DNA of 64,000 bases, from assembly GCA_977030845.1 (NCBI GenBank), contig OZ365118.1, positions 2,542,001 through 2,606,000 on the forward strand, read 5' to 3'. The notes under the pieces are model-generated. The model made no database searches, was not told the origin of the DNA, and saw nothing but the letters and a program-made list of their open reading frames with translations. Of this stretch, positions 63,815 through 64,000 are shown piece by piece. Position numbers and translations under genes: made by a program. Position 1 is the stretch's first letter, and every line of letters starts with the position of its first letter. The DNA is from Fimbriosthenelais zetlandica (lineage: Eukaryota).

Positions 63815-64000
63815 GTTTTAGATAATCTGTATACAGCAGCTTTAATTTGGCAGCTTGTTGATTCCAGTTTGTCAGCGAGGCGTGGGAGGGAGCATTAATT
63901 GCTGATATTGACACGGGAAGTTTGGGTGTAAACCTGAGTAGGGGAGGACAGAGCTCTGGGTGCTTGTGTTCAACAGTGGCCGTGAGGTGCGGAACAGGTT

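Noticed and set aside
1-64000. Hox-like cluster hypothesis from dense TGATTAAT/TAAT words
   Set aside because: No homeobox (WFQNRR) or miR-10-family sequence found on either strand by eye.

Overview
Non-coding animal genomic DNA, most likely a bilaterian invertebrate (inference from abundant TACATGTA, TGACC/GGTCA and X-box words, and overall CpG depletion with small CpG-rich islands). I found no credible protein-coding gene. The longest ORF is 183 aa, none resembles a protein family I recognise, and several long ones are translations of minisatellites. I found no rRNA, complete tRNA, snRNA, known miRNA, CRISPR array or transposon ORF; this was a by-eye search and is not exhaustive. Directly visible: about 15 tandem repeats (several G-quadruplex-capable), about 10 small islands rich in ETS/YY1/NRF1/CRE/E-box/CCAAT words, homotypic motif clusters (TGACAG, AGGTCA), many CTCF-like and RFX X-box-like sites, and a few hairpins. 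Best lead: two strong minus-strand polypyrimidine-CAG|GTGAGT junctions at 47127/47126 and 26361/26360, 20.8 kb apart. This is the signature of recursive splice sites in a very long intron. One is followed by a 39-nt RS-exon-like segment, and a 24-nt microexon candidate lies on the same strand. All functional assignments are motif-based inference and need expression, conservation or chromatin data. Weaker plus-strand exon candidates also exist, so the host-gene strand is not settled.
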